From Eledone cirrhosa (Eukaryota), in the NCBI GenBank assembly GCA_964016885.1, contig OZ024743.1, positions 64,852,001 through 64,916,000 of the forward strand: 64,000 bases of DNA, in the 5' to 3' direction. The notes beneath the pieces were generated by a model, which had not been told where the DNA came from, did not search any database, and saw only the letters and a program-made list of their open reading frames with translations. A program made the translations under genes and the position numbers. Positions 42,321-53,798 of the stretch are shown here, piece by piece (position 1 is the stretch's first letter; every line of letters begins with the position of its first letter).

Positions 42321-44978
42321 TACATATTGAGCAGGGCCACTTCCCTGAAGGGATCAGGGTCCTACCTTCTTTCCTACTTACTAGCACTTTAGTTTTGGCT
42401 AAGTTTACACTCAGCCCTTTGGATTCCAAATTCTGTTTTCATACTTGGAACTTATTCTTTAGTTCTTTTATGGATTCAACTATAAGGATCAGGTCTGTGC
42501 ATCAACACACTTCTCCTTGTCCTCCTCCTCTTTCAATCTTTTCTATATTTCATCTGCCTGTTACTCACCTTGTGGACTGTCTCTCTGCTGACCACTGGCT
42601 GCTGGTCTCTGTCTTCTGAGGTATTTTCGCCCATCGCGGTCAGTATTTAGCCATTTTAACAGCTGTTCAAGCGATGAATTTTTTTTATTTTATATATATT
42701 CAAATATACCCTCACTTCAGAGACAACATTGTTTTTTCATCTAACTTTATGTATGTATATATATACAGGGTGCCCCCCCCCCACAAATATATACACACTT
42801 TAACAGCATTCTAATCAAAGTGTGTATACATTTTTTGGGGACACCTTGTATATGTGAGTCCCAGGTTTGATCAGGGGGAACCACAGTTAGTAAGGTACTC
42901 AATACATTAGTAGAGTGTAAGCATCATATTTAATATAGAAATGGCTTCTACAGTACTAGAACTGTTTCATCCCTGATGATTTATTTTGAATGAAATAGTT
43001 CTAGTTCTGTAGAAGCCATTTCTATATGAAATATGATATGTATATGTGTGTGTGTGTATATATATATATATATAGTCGATCAACAAGATCCCAGACCTCA
43101 TTTGCTTAATGAGTGAGGTGGAGCTCATCAAATTGGACCGAGGAAACAATGTCTCCATTGGTCTTTCCAATTGCTAATACTATCCAGGAAGAAGGAGCAA
43201 CGTGAAATAAAGTGTCTTGCTCAAGGACGTAATGCATCGCCCCATCTAGGAATCGAAATCACAGCCTCACGATTGCAAATCCAATTCTCTAACAACACAG
43301 CCACACACTTTCACTATATACATAATAATTATCATTTCTACTTTTGGCACAAGGCCAGCAATATAAAGGGCCATAACTCTATGATGTAAAGCATGTCATC
43401 CAACCTTCTACCGATACTTGCCAAATAATAATTGTTGTTTCTACTTTTGGCACAAGGCCAGCAATTATACAGTGTATTACTGGTACTTTATTTTATCAAC
43501 CCAGTAAGGATGAAAGGCAAAGTTAACCTCGGCGGGATTTGACCTCAGACCATAAAGGGCCGTAACTCTTCGTAATGTTACAAAGCATGGCGTCCGACCC
43601 TCTACCGATACTGCCAATCCACCGCCTATTATGCCAATCCACCTCCCATAATAATAATACTGGGCAGTTTGATGTACCCCTTCCCTTACTTTCACTATTT
43701 AATGTTTTTCGCTTTCATTTTTTTTTTATTGCAAACTAATAGTCCATTGAATAAAATTTTGATTAAAAAAAAGAATTATTTTTGGAATGAAAATCAATGC
43801 TGCCAAGACTGTGACACTCGTCCTCTCAAAAAAGCCTGGGCAGTGCACTCTACATGTGAGTGGAGTTCCACTGAAGCATGTGGAGAGGTTCAAGTATTAG
43901 AAGGCAGGAGGCTGAATTAAGTGCAAGAATTGCAAGGGCTGGTATAGTAATACACCAGCTTCAACATTCGGTAATCAGAAGAAGAAAGGTAGGTGTAAAA
44001 GCCAAACTCGGTATCTTCAATGGTCATGAATCTTGGGTAATGACCGAAGGAATACGATCATGAATACAAGCGGCCGAAATGGAGTTACTCGATAGAATAA
44101 CGAATTGAGATATCACAGCTCTGATACTATGGGCATGTAGTTAGAATGTCTCAAGAAAGAATCACTCGACAGATTTAACGGGTGAAACCAACAGGTAGGA
44201 GACCCCGAGCAAGATGGTTGGATAACATCCATGAGCTTGGCTGGACTCGCTTGGGGATCCAGCTGGATCAGTTGCTTCTGTCAGTACCAGCTGACAGGAG
44301 TATTTGATGACTGTGCCCCCACGACCCTCTCAGGAATAGGTGGACGAAGAAGAAATAGAAGAGTTGCCTCCCCTGCTATTTTTTTTTTTTTAAGAATTGA
44401 TTCTCGTTGCAGTATTTAATTAAAATTTCTTGGTTCACAAGATTAAATGTATATGTACTAATACTATCCTCTAGTTTTCACACTGAGTATATCTCTGGTT
44501 CTTATTAACCATAACAAAATGACACATGTGTTTGTATATTTATATAGTATCTCTGTCTGTAATTCTTTAAGATTTACACACACATACATATATATATATA
44601 CACAATGCATCTCAGTCATGATGCTACAATCTTCAGACCTAATAATATGCCATGTGTGTTTGTAAGATAACCAACACTAGCATATATACTACCTTAGGTA
44701 ACATGTAGCTGTGTTGAAAATGTATTTATAATATACTTTAGCTCTGTACTTAATATAGAGCATCTTTCCTTTATCTAGTCTATGGAAACTCTTGTCACTA
44801 TATATATACATTCCTTTTATTATGATTAAATAGTGAGTCTTGTTACTCTCGAGTTTCATCCGATGACCCTGTGACAAACATACAAAACTCCCGAGTAACA
44901 AGACTCACTATTTAGCCTTAATAAAATGACTATTAAAGACTTCGGTATTGAGTACTCTTTTCTCTCACATACGTATAT

Positions 44979-45642
44979 AGGCATAGGTTAATTATAACGT
45001 TCGCGAAAGTGAAAGTCAATTTTCTGACAAGTGAATGTGTTTGTTGTTTTTTGTTACATTGAAAATTACGATACAGTTTGTTTATTTACAACAGGTCTCT
45101 ATAGTGATATGGTGTTAATTAGTATTCCGTGTGTGATTATTTTCTCTTATATATATATGTGTGGGTGTGTATATGTGTGTATATATATGTGTGTCTGTAT
45201 GTATATATATATGTGTGTTTGTATATATATATGTGTTTGTGTCATCATCATCGTTTAGATGTTTTTGTAATATCTTGCCAAAGTTGGCACCAACTATCTG
45301 TCCCCCAAAGAAATTAAGGCCGGGTCATAAGAAGGACAGAGAATGATAAGGGATTTGGGTCAGAGGGGCAGCTTGGGGTCAGAAAGGCAGATAGGCGTCA
45401 GAAGGGCTGGGAAATTTTTTTAATTTTTTAAACGAAGCACCGTTATATGCAACAAACGTCTAACTATGTAGTTATTTTTAAAAAATGTATTTCTTTCAAC
45501 ACACAATGTCATTTTCCGTACACACAATACACAAAAAAAGAAAAAGAAAAAATAATCACGCACGCAATACTAAAAAACAAACACATTCACTTGTCAGAAA
45601 ATTGACTTTCACTTTCGCGAACGTTATAATTAACCTATGCTC
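44979..45642. mobile_element. Non-autonomous DNA transposon (MITE) with ~65-bp TIRs
   Basis: GCATAGGTTAATTATAACGTTCGCGAAAGTGAAAGTCAATTTTCTGACAAGTGAATGTGTTTGTT at 44981 and its reverse complement ending at 45640; TA flanks. Confidence 0.8.
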
Positions 45643-45773
45643 GTATATATATATATAGAATCAGTAAATTTGTATTCCAATGTTACTAAGTAGTTGTATT
45701 CGATGGAGTCAACCGACGTCGGAGATTGCTCAACGTATAATAAAGTGTGTTTTAAAATCCGGAGAAAATATGG

Positions 45774-46065
45774 AGAAGTTTATGAAACGGAAATGTGGGT
45801 ATAAAGAATTTATTAGGTAACAATTGTTTCTATAGTGTATGGGTTACCTATACCTCGCTATTTGAATAATATAAAAATATTATCATAAACCGAAGGTACA
45901 CTGTAAGCAAACACACGACATGGTGTGTTTGCTTACAGTGTACCTTCGGTTTATGATAATATTTTGATATTATTCAAATAGCGAGGTATAGGTAACCCAT
46001 ACACTATAGAAACAATTGTTACCTAATAAATTCTTTATACCCACATTTCCGTTTCATAAACTTCT
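45774..46065. repeat. Near-perfect palindrome
   Basis: 143-bp arms, 6-nt loop GACATG (45917-45922), one mismatch seen. Confidence 0.95.
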
Positions 46066-46140
<75 letters not shown>

Positions 46141-46281
46141 GGAAACAAAACACAGGAGAGTATATATATATATATGTGTGTGTGTGTAAAAGGTAAACAG
46201 AAATAACACAATCGGTACAGTATATGGAAGGTATATATTAGGTTAACGCTTGATATAGCAGGAATATATATATATATATTC

Positions 46282-46542
46282 CCTAAACTTAGCAACGTAA
46301 CCTCAATATCCACATACATACACTCATTAAAATCAAGTAATATACCATACACCTTAAAATGGGAAGTAATAACTTAGGCCCCTTCATATAGACCACCTAA
46401 CAAATTTTGTAACCTTTGCATCCTCGAGTCTAAAAATATTATTCACTCTAACCTTAGCCTACTAAATAGGAAATCAGAGATCTTCTACACGTGTCCACAT
46501 TACCATAGATTCTCGTTCCACTACTTCAAACCTAGCAACTAA
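46282..46542 (+). pseudogene. Penelope-like element, C-terminal end of the GIY-YIG-containing ORF
   Basis: Translates PKLSNVTSISTYIHSLKSSNIPYTLKWEVIT*APSYRPPNKFCNLCILESKNIIHSNLSLLNRKSEIFYTCPH...; matches the Penelope C-terminal pattern (T.LS.YI..LK....Y..KW....CNLC..E...LLN.RSE...C.H); one internal stop. Confidence 0.75.
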
Positions 46543-46731
46543 TAATAATAATTGTTTCTACTTTTGGCACAAGGCCAGCAATTATTCAGTGCATTATTGG
46601 TACTTTATTTTATCGACCCCGTAAGGATGAAAGGCAAAGTTAACCTCGGCGGGATTTGAACTCAGAATGGCAAGGGCCGTAACTCTATGCGTCAAAGCAT
46701 GGCGTCCGACCCTCTACCGATACTGCCAATC
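46540..46731 (-). mobile_element. tRNA-derived Nin/Deu-domain-like SINE with (ATT)n tail
   Basis: TGGCAGTATCGGTAGAG (A-box-like), GAGTTCAAATCC (B box), GCCTTTCATCCTTACGGGGTCGATAAAATAAAGTACCA (Nin-like), tail TGGCCTTGTGCCAAAAGTAGAAACA(ATT)n. Other copies: 24987-25178 (+), 38420-38730, 40440-40732, 43325-43627, 62715-62950 (-), 63725-63806 (+). Confidence 0.82.
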
Positions 46732-49700
46732 ATAATAATGATTTCTTTATTGGCCACAAGGGCTGACATCAAGAAAAACATCACAGACGGAACAGGACGG
46801 TACGATGTGGGTTTTGTGCGTGTAAATATTTTTATTATTTATATAAGAAAAGAAAAAAAAGACATAAAACATATATATATATAAACAATAAAATGAAAAT
46901 TGAAACAATGAAAACTTCCCCAATAGGGGGGAAACCTCCGAGGGTTACTCGTGGCGAAAACCACACAAAAGACCACGGCCACTCTGACTACCAGGGCAAG
47001 CGCTCTCTCTCAATTTTTCCATTTCTCAAACTACAGACGTATATTCAGAGTGATCCCGTTCACTCGCACCATTCTCAACAAACTTGCTAGAAGGCAGCAC
47101 TTGCCTCTCCACCCTGATTTTCCTCTTCAAGTGAAACTTGAAAAAGTTAATTAGGGATTCGCCGAAGAGGAAAGTGTTTGTCTTTAATCCTTTTAACCTT
47201 GTCCACCACACAATCTCTTTCGCCATGGCCACCAGGCAGATGAAAACCGCCTGCCCTTCCTCCTCGAAGGCAGACAGCGAGACCATCTGCACAATGGACT
47301 CAGTCGACAACCGGATCAGTCCCACACGCGACAGCAACTGTTCGACATAGCTCCACAAGTCAGCAATGCTCGGGCACTGAACGAGTGCGTGCACAACGGT
47401 TTCGTCGCTATGCGCGCATCTCGGACAGGCTCGGCTGACGGCACTTCCGTGCCTGTAGAGCTTATCTCGAACCGGCAGCGCTCCCCGGTAGCACTGCCAG
47501 GCCAGGGATTTTTGGAAGTTATCCATAGGCCCCGGGCTGAAAGTTCTCCGGAAGAGAGCAAACAGCTGATCTTGTTCGACGCCCAGGATCTCTCCGAGAA
47601 TGTCGTCGCTCTTCCCCTCCACTAGTCCTCTATAGAACGCCGAGGTGGATGTTCCACCGATACTGGTGCCCAACTGGCAGAGGGCAGTGAGCGCCTGGAG
47701 ACATTCCAGTTTCCAAGCGCTATCCCTTGGTCTTTTTCTGACCCAGGACTGCAGCTCCGTCAAGGAGACGAGCTGTGGGAAAATGTGCCTGGCGAACAGC
47801 GACCACACCCGTTCACCATCAAGGAAGCACCAGAGATGTCGCAGCCTCGGCGCATGTTTGCGCATCATCAGCCATGGCATGCCCAGTCCTCCACGCAACG
47901 GGTGTTGACAGCAGATGGATCGTCTGACCATGGGAGCGCGTCCCTTCCACAAAAAGCGGAAGAGGAGGCGCTCCATTTTGGTGAGAGTTGGGCCTGAGCA
48001 AGGGACGACGGTGAGGCGGTAGCAGATGACGGATGCGATGTACGCATTCGCCACTTCCGCCCGGCCTTTCAGGGACAGCTTCCTCTCAGCCCATTTCTGG
48101 GTGAGGGAGGCCACCCTGCTCGTCACCTCGTTCCAGTTTTTCTCCATCTGGAGGTCCGGTCCGAACCAGACCCCGAGCAATTTAACCGGTCCGTCCGTCC
48201 AACGCCCCACGACGCTCTCGGACGGCATAGACTTGCCTCTCCAGGTGCCTAGCTGCAAGCCCACCGACTTTTCCTGGTTTATCTTTGCTCCTGTCACCGC
48301 TTCGTATTCCTTGAGAGCGGTGCCGAGCATCTGGACGTGTCTGGTGCTCGACACCACCACGGTGACGTCGTCAGCGTAAGCCAACTCGGATTTCCCGCAT
48401 CCTAGTTCGCGTGGGACGCCCCTCATCGCCCCCAGTTTGTGCAGTAACGGCTCGAGAGCCAATATGTACAAGAGGGACGAGCGGGGACAACCCTAGCGGA
48501 CTGAGCGCATGATGCTGAACGGCTGCGACAGGTGACCGTTCACCCTCACAACTGAGCAGATGTCGCTGTACATTGCTGCGATCCAACGCCTGAAAACGGG
48601 CCCGAAACCGGCTGCCACGAGGACCGCCGCCAGGTACCGATGGTCGACCCTATCGAATGCTTTGGATTGATCCAAGTTGATCAGGGCCCCACCCTTGCCA
48701 GGTTCCTTAACCACCCTCTCTATGATGTATCGCATGAGGTGGAGGTTGTCGTGTATGGATCTGTCCGGAATGGCGCATATCTGCGCCTCTCCCACCAGAC
48801 CCTTGACGACAAGCGCCAACCTCGTTGCTAACACCTTGGCCAAAATCTTGAACTCTGCGTTTAGCAGGGTTATGGGCCTGAAATTATCAATAACATCCCC
48901 CTTGTTCGGGTCTTTTCTCAGCAGCGCCACTGCTCCGCGGCTCACAAAACTGGGAATGCTCCCGTTCTGCTGCCAGTTGCAGTAGACGTCTGCCAAGAAG
49001 TCACCGAACAAGTCTGGCATAAATGCATAAAGCTCGTAGGGCAGACCATCTAAACCTGGCGATTTACCTCTTGTGCAGTTAGCCATCGCTTCCCGTATTT
49101 CACCGGCTGTTATTGGCTTTTCGCAACACTGTGCTGCGGTCGTCGAGAGCCGAGGCAGTCCATCGAGGTATGCACTGAAGTCCATGCCCCGATCCAGGCC
49201 GCCGCCGCTCCCGAACAGTTCAGCAAAGTGCTGCTGAAAAGCTTCACACCACCGCTCATGTTCGAGCATCACGCACCCATTTTGGTCAGGCAAAGACCAA
49301 ATTGTGGCTTTGTTGCCACGTCGCGCCTCTGCCACCCGGGCCCATTGGACGGCTCTTGTCCCCTCGTGTTTCAGAGCACGCGCTCTAGCTCTGACAACGC
49401 AGCCTTCGTGTTTTGCGTTGAAGAATTGGTCGAGTGCCAATCTCGCCGCAAGCACGTCGGTTGCGATGCCTGTCCTAAACGCCTCTTCTAGCTTTCTGAC
49501 TAGCTCTCCTTCTACTCTATTTTCCTCTATCACTACTCCTTTGCTAAACCTAATCGACTCTACTTTAATTGCCCTTTTCAGGGCGAACCACCACCTATTG
49601 TTGACGACCGCTCCCGTCAACGCCCGCTTAACTAATACGCTAATCCGGGTCTGTAGGCCTTGCGCGCCGGGAAAGACGCGTTCAGCTTCCATTAACCAGG

Positions 49701-52700
49701 CCCTTGTCTATGAAGTCTGTCTATGTCGATCTCACAGTTCACAAATTTGTGGTCTGTGTAGTCGACTATTTTAAATTGTGGACAACTTATACTAGCCTTA
49801 TCTAGTTCTCTGCTGAATACCCTATCTAGATACGATCTGGATGACCCGATACGGTTTGTCCATGTCCACATTGGCACATTCGGTTGATCCAGTCGATACC
49901 TGTCAGACAGTTCAAAACGTCTGAGCAGGTTGGTGAGGCTCTTGCACCCTCCTCCCCTATCCACTAACCCCACACGATCACAGCGTGCATCCAAGATACC
50001 GTTCCAGTTGCCCACTAACACTAAAGAGCGGGACGTTCCAAGAAAGGTCTCTAGACGTCTGAAGAAATCTGGCCGTCCTGCCTCTGTTGGGGCGTAGACG
50101 GCTACTAGCCTGAAAGCATTGCCTTCGCTGCCGGTCACGTCCAGCACCTCCGACTTACCTTCTGGGTCCAGGAAGATGGCCCGTATCGCGAGATCCAAGC
50201 CTCTCCGAAAAAGGACGGCAACCCCTCCCCCCGATCCTGGACGGCTGGGAGATGCGTATACATCGTAGCCGCCGAAGATCGGTGCGAAGGCCCGTGCCTC
50301 AGAGATTCTGGTTTCACTGATGGCCACCACATCTATGTTTAGTGACCTGAGGTCATTGAGCAGGTGACCCTGCTTCCAAGATGACCCCAGGTCACGTGCA
50401 TTTATACTGCCTATTCTGAGTACAGCCATGTTGGATGAGAAGCGGGGCAAATGAGAAAGGGTCACTTACCTTGTTCGTGTGGTGAAGGGACAGTAGAACC
50501 GTCCCTTTCGCTGGTCATGGGTGTTTCCAATAGGATGTCAGTGTATATCCTCTTGGTAACCGTCCCTCTGAAGTCTCCAACTGCGTTGGGGAATTTTTGT
50601 TTTAAAGGTTTGTACTGTTCTATTGAGATTTCGATGATGCTTATGTTTGTCGGGAGAGTTCTTGGTGTTGGTGGGGTGTAATAGTTTTTTTCCGTGATGT
50701 CTGTGTGCTGCTTTATATATTTTATGAGTTCTTTTTTTGCTATGTTTATGGCTGTGTACTTTTTGGGGGGAGGGTGATTTTGTTGCCGTTTTCTTCTTGT
50801 TGCTGTTTGGTGTGTGTGTCTTGTTGTGTTTGCGTTGTTGGTGTTTGTGGTGGTGTTGCTGCAAGTTTCCTTGCTGCCTTTACCCCTCTTTGTATGCCTT
50901 CGCTTTTGGAGGGTGAATCTAAGGGTTTTTTTGTTTTTTGTTTTTTGTGGCAGACTGTTTGCCACATCACTCCCGCCTCAAACTCCATGTCGGATTCTGT
51001 GGCGTCTGGGAGAGGTATGTGCTTCACGGCTGTTGGTGGTGGTAGTGGAGCCCTCTTCGCCAATTTTGTTGCTGGTGTAGCTATTTCAAATGTAGCTATT
51101 GGTGTTGCCGCTACTGATGATGTTGCTTTAGTTATCCGTGGCCTTGGTACGGGTGCTACGGACGTTGCCCTCCTACTCACCGTGGAAGGGGCTTCTTCGT
51201 TTGTTGCCTGTCCTGCTCTTGGTAGCAGCGGACCAGGTATTGGAAGGAGAGGGGCCCTCTTCGGTGTCTTCTGCGGACAAAAGGCCCTGAGGTGACCTTT
51301 CGACCCACAGAGATAACACTTTGGCCGTCTTCCTTCTACACTTGTAGCAGTTGCCTCCCTTGTTGTGACTCACAACCCCAATAGATTTACATCTAGACGG
51401 GACTCACAGAGATAGCCGCACGCCAGAGAAAACGTTTCTCGCCAAGGATTCTTCAGCCTTATGCTATATTCTCCTATTTGCCGGTTTAAAAATTTACCAC
51501 GTAAATTTGCCGTTGAAAACTGCGCATTTATTCAGAATACTTATTTCTTTGGTCGCTGGCCTCTTGACCCTTCCAGGTCAACGCATTCTCAACATCGACC
51601 ATCAACTTCGGCTGTTATTTCTAGCACTTTGCGCAACTCATTTTTTCTAAAAAATTTTTTTTTTTACTGTGAATTTAAACACCGAATACGCTCACTCCGC
51701 GAGACAACAACATCAACAGCAACACAGCTTCACCAACAACCAAAACCAGCAGAACAAGCCAGAGAATTTATTTTTGCAGCACTCTTCCTGTGAGAAAATC
51801 CATTCGGAGGTTGGAAATTTCACGATATACCACAGAACAGAAACCACCTGCATTCATTCTCTGGAACACACTTTCTTTCCTGCTGTCATGTGATTGCACA
51901 CCTGTGAACTATATTTTGTACATTTGAACTTTGAGCTCTTCTCTTACTTTATTGCATTGTATCTTTGGGTGATGGATAGATAGATGTCCAGTCGTTCTCT
52001 GGCCAAGAGCGGTTGGCTACCTTGACATCTATCATTGATTTTTGCAACAGTCTTTTGTCGTAATTTTCATTCCTGTTACAACATTCTCGCCAACTTGCTA
52101 CATATTTCATTCGATTTTTATATTCTAAAATTCTGGCGGGAGGTTATGTAGCAGTTGCCTCCCTTGTTGTGACTCACAACCCCAATAGATTAACATCTAG
52201 ACGGGAAGTAGAACCCTTTCTGTAACTTCCGGTCAGAACCCTATAAAACTAACAACTTTAAGTTCTCACTCTCTCTTTTGCCCTTCCGGCGCCTGGCCTT
52301 CGCCAGGCGTCTTCTGCCAGCCGCGTTTGCCTGGCAATCAAAACGGTAACTCATTACTTTGCTTCATTCTTTCGTTTATTCATTGACATGTCAACTATAC
52401 TGTTAAATTGTTGATTAAATATTATACACACAAACGATGTCTCCTTGTTACATTCATACACCGCTAGTTCTAGGGAGTTGGAGTCCTCCCTCGAAGTCTA
52501 TGATATCGGGGATAGCCTCGATACATTCCTGGTCAGTTTGTATAAGCATTTGCATGCCTATACCTGACTAGTTCTCTCTCCCTGTTTTTCTACTTGCAGC
52601 ATGGTCGCCCTGTTCTCAATTCCAGTAAGGACAGACGCGTCCAGCCAAGGTATGGGCACGTCGGGTGGGACCTGGGTCACTTTGACCCTCACAATTTTCT

Positions 52701-53798
52701 GCCCGCAGTAGGAGGGCACCAAGACTAACTCCTCACTCTTTAGGGTTTCCAAAGAGTGAGACTTTGCTTCCTGGGGGGTTGCGAAAAGTACGTCTACTGT
52801 GGCGTACTTTCTTCCTTGGGTGATGTGGGTTTTGCGTGCCCAGACGCACCCCAAGGCCTTTTGGATTTGAGCCTCCGTGGCTCTCGTCACTCGATGTGAG
52901 ATTTTGCTTACGGTGCGGTAAGTCACCGTCCGTAGCTGCTGGTCCTTGAAAAAATCGGGTGGAGGTTTCAGGAAAACTCTATTTGCGCTTCTTGTCACCA
53001 TGGCCCTTGCGACTGCCATCTCCTCCTCTGTGACTAACACTGTCTCGATATTTCGGGCGACACCTGCAAAAGAAGTGGTCCCTTTTTCAGCAGCACCACT
53101 ATTGCTGCCGCTACTGATCTTACTGGTGGTGCTGAGGTCGCTATAACAGGTATCGGTGTCATTGTTGTTCTTTTCGCTGGTACAGATGTTGGTGTTGTTT
53201 TCGTTGATACTGTTGCTGCTGTTACTGTTATTGTGGCTGTTGTTATTATTGTTGTTTTTGTTGATACTGTTCCTACTATTATTGTTGTTGTGGCTGTTGT
53301 TATTGTCGTTCTCGACCTTACCGCTGTTATTTTTGTTATTGTCGTTCTCGACTTTACCGCTGTTATTTTTGGTGTTGTTGTTGGTGATGTTGTTGGTGTT
53401 ATTGTTGGTGTTGTTTGTGTTAGAAATATTTGGTAATTTTAAATCTGTAACAATCATTTTTTCCTTTGTAATATTTTCGTTTATATTTACCTCCGCTGGA
53501 ACGCTGTCTTGTTGACATGCTGATAAAGTCTCCCTCTCTCTGTGTTGTCTGACAGCGCTCTCTCTCTTTTTTGTGTTATCCACGTTGAAATTTTTCAAAA
53601 AAATATTTTTACACAAATACGAATACGACACCCCGTAAAGGGGTGCCGTATTATTTACTAGTGAACCCCTGTATTAGGTGGGTCACTTCTTCTAAACTTT
53701 TATCAAATCTAAAACTTGAATAAAAGGTTTAGAACGGTTGAAAAAGAGGTAAAACGTTGAAAGAGACTGGAGGCGATAAGAAGCGTGGCTTCACGAAC
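46732..53798 (-). mobile_element. Tx1/L1-group non-LTR retrotransposon, copy A (near full length, inactivated)
   Basis: ORF1 (Asn-rich N-terminus 52558-53631; CCHC knuckle CYLCGSKGHLRAFC near 51270-51320) and ORF2 in pieces: APE endonuclease (50429-49692, SINARDL...ISET...YAP...RSYLD...TDH), RT (PGLDGLP, NFRPITLLN, DQSKAFD, AYADD), C-terminal CPRC...ETVVHALVQC; AATAAA plus (ATT)n tail; in-frame stops and frameshifts. Confidence 0.9.
51343..52466 (+). mobile_element. Non-coding LTR-retrotransposon remnant nested in ORF1 of Tx1 copy A
   Basis: 60-bp direct repeat TGTAGCAGTTGCC...CTAGACGGGA at 51343-51402 and 52147-52206; purine-rich GGCGGGAGG just before the second copy; TATAAAA and ATTAAA inside 52147-52466; Tx1 ORF1 is colinear on both sides (…IEAIPDIIDFEGGLQLP / SVEGRRPKCYLC…). 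The terminal CA and a TSD are not clean. Confidence 0.65.

Noticed and set aside
42933-43027. CTGATGA...GAAA inside a hairpin as a hammerhead
   Set aside because: Stem I and stem II pairing are poor; kept only as a hairpin. The same applies to the decayed minus-strand motif at ~1205-1236.
51173-51373. CYKC motif in a 66-aa ORF as the ORF1 zinc knuckle
   Set aside because: It spans the LTR junction by chance; the real knuckle CYLCGSKGHLRAFC is in another frame.
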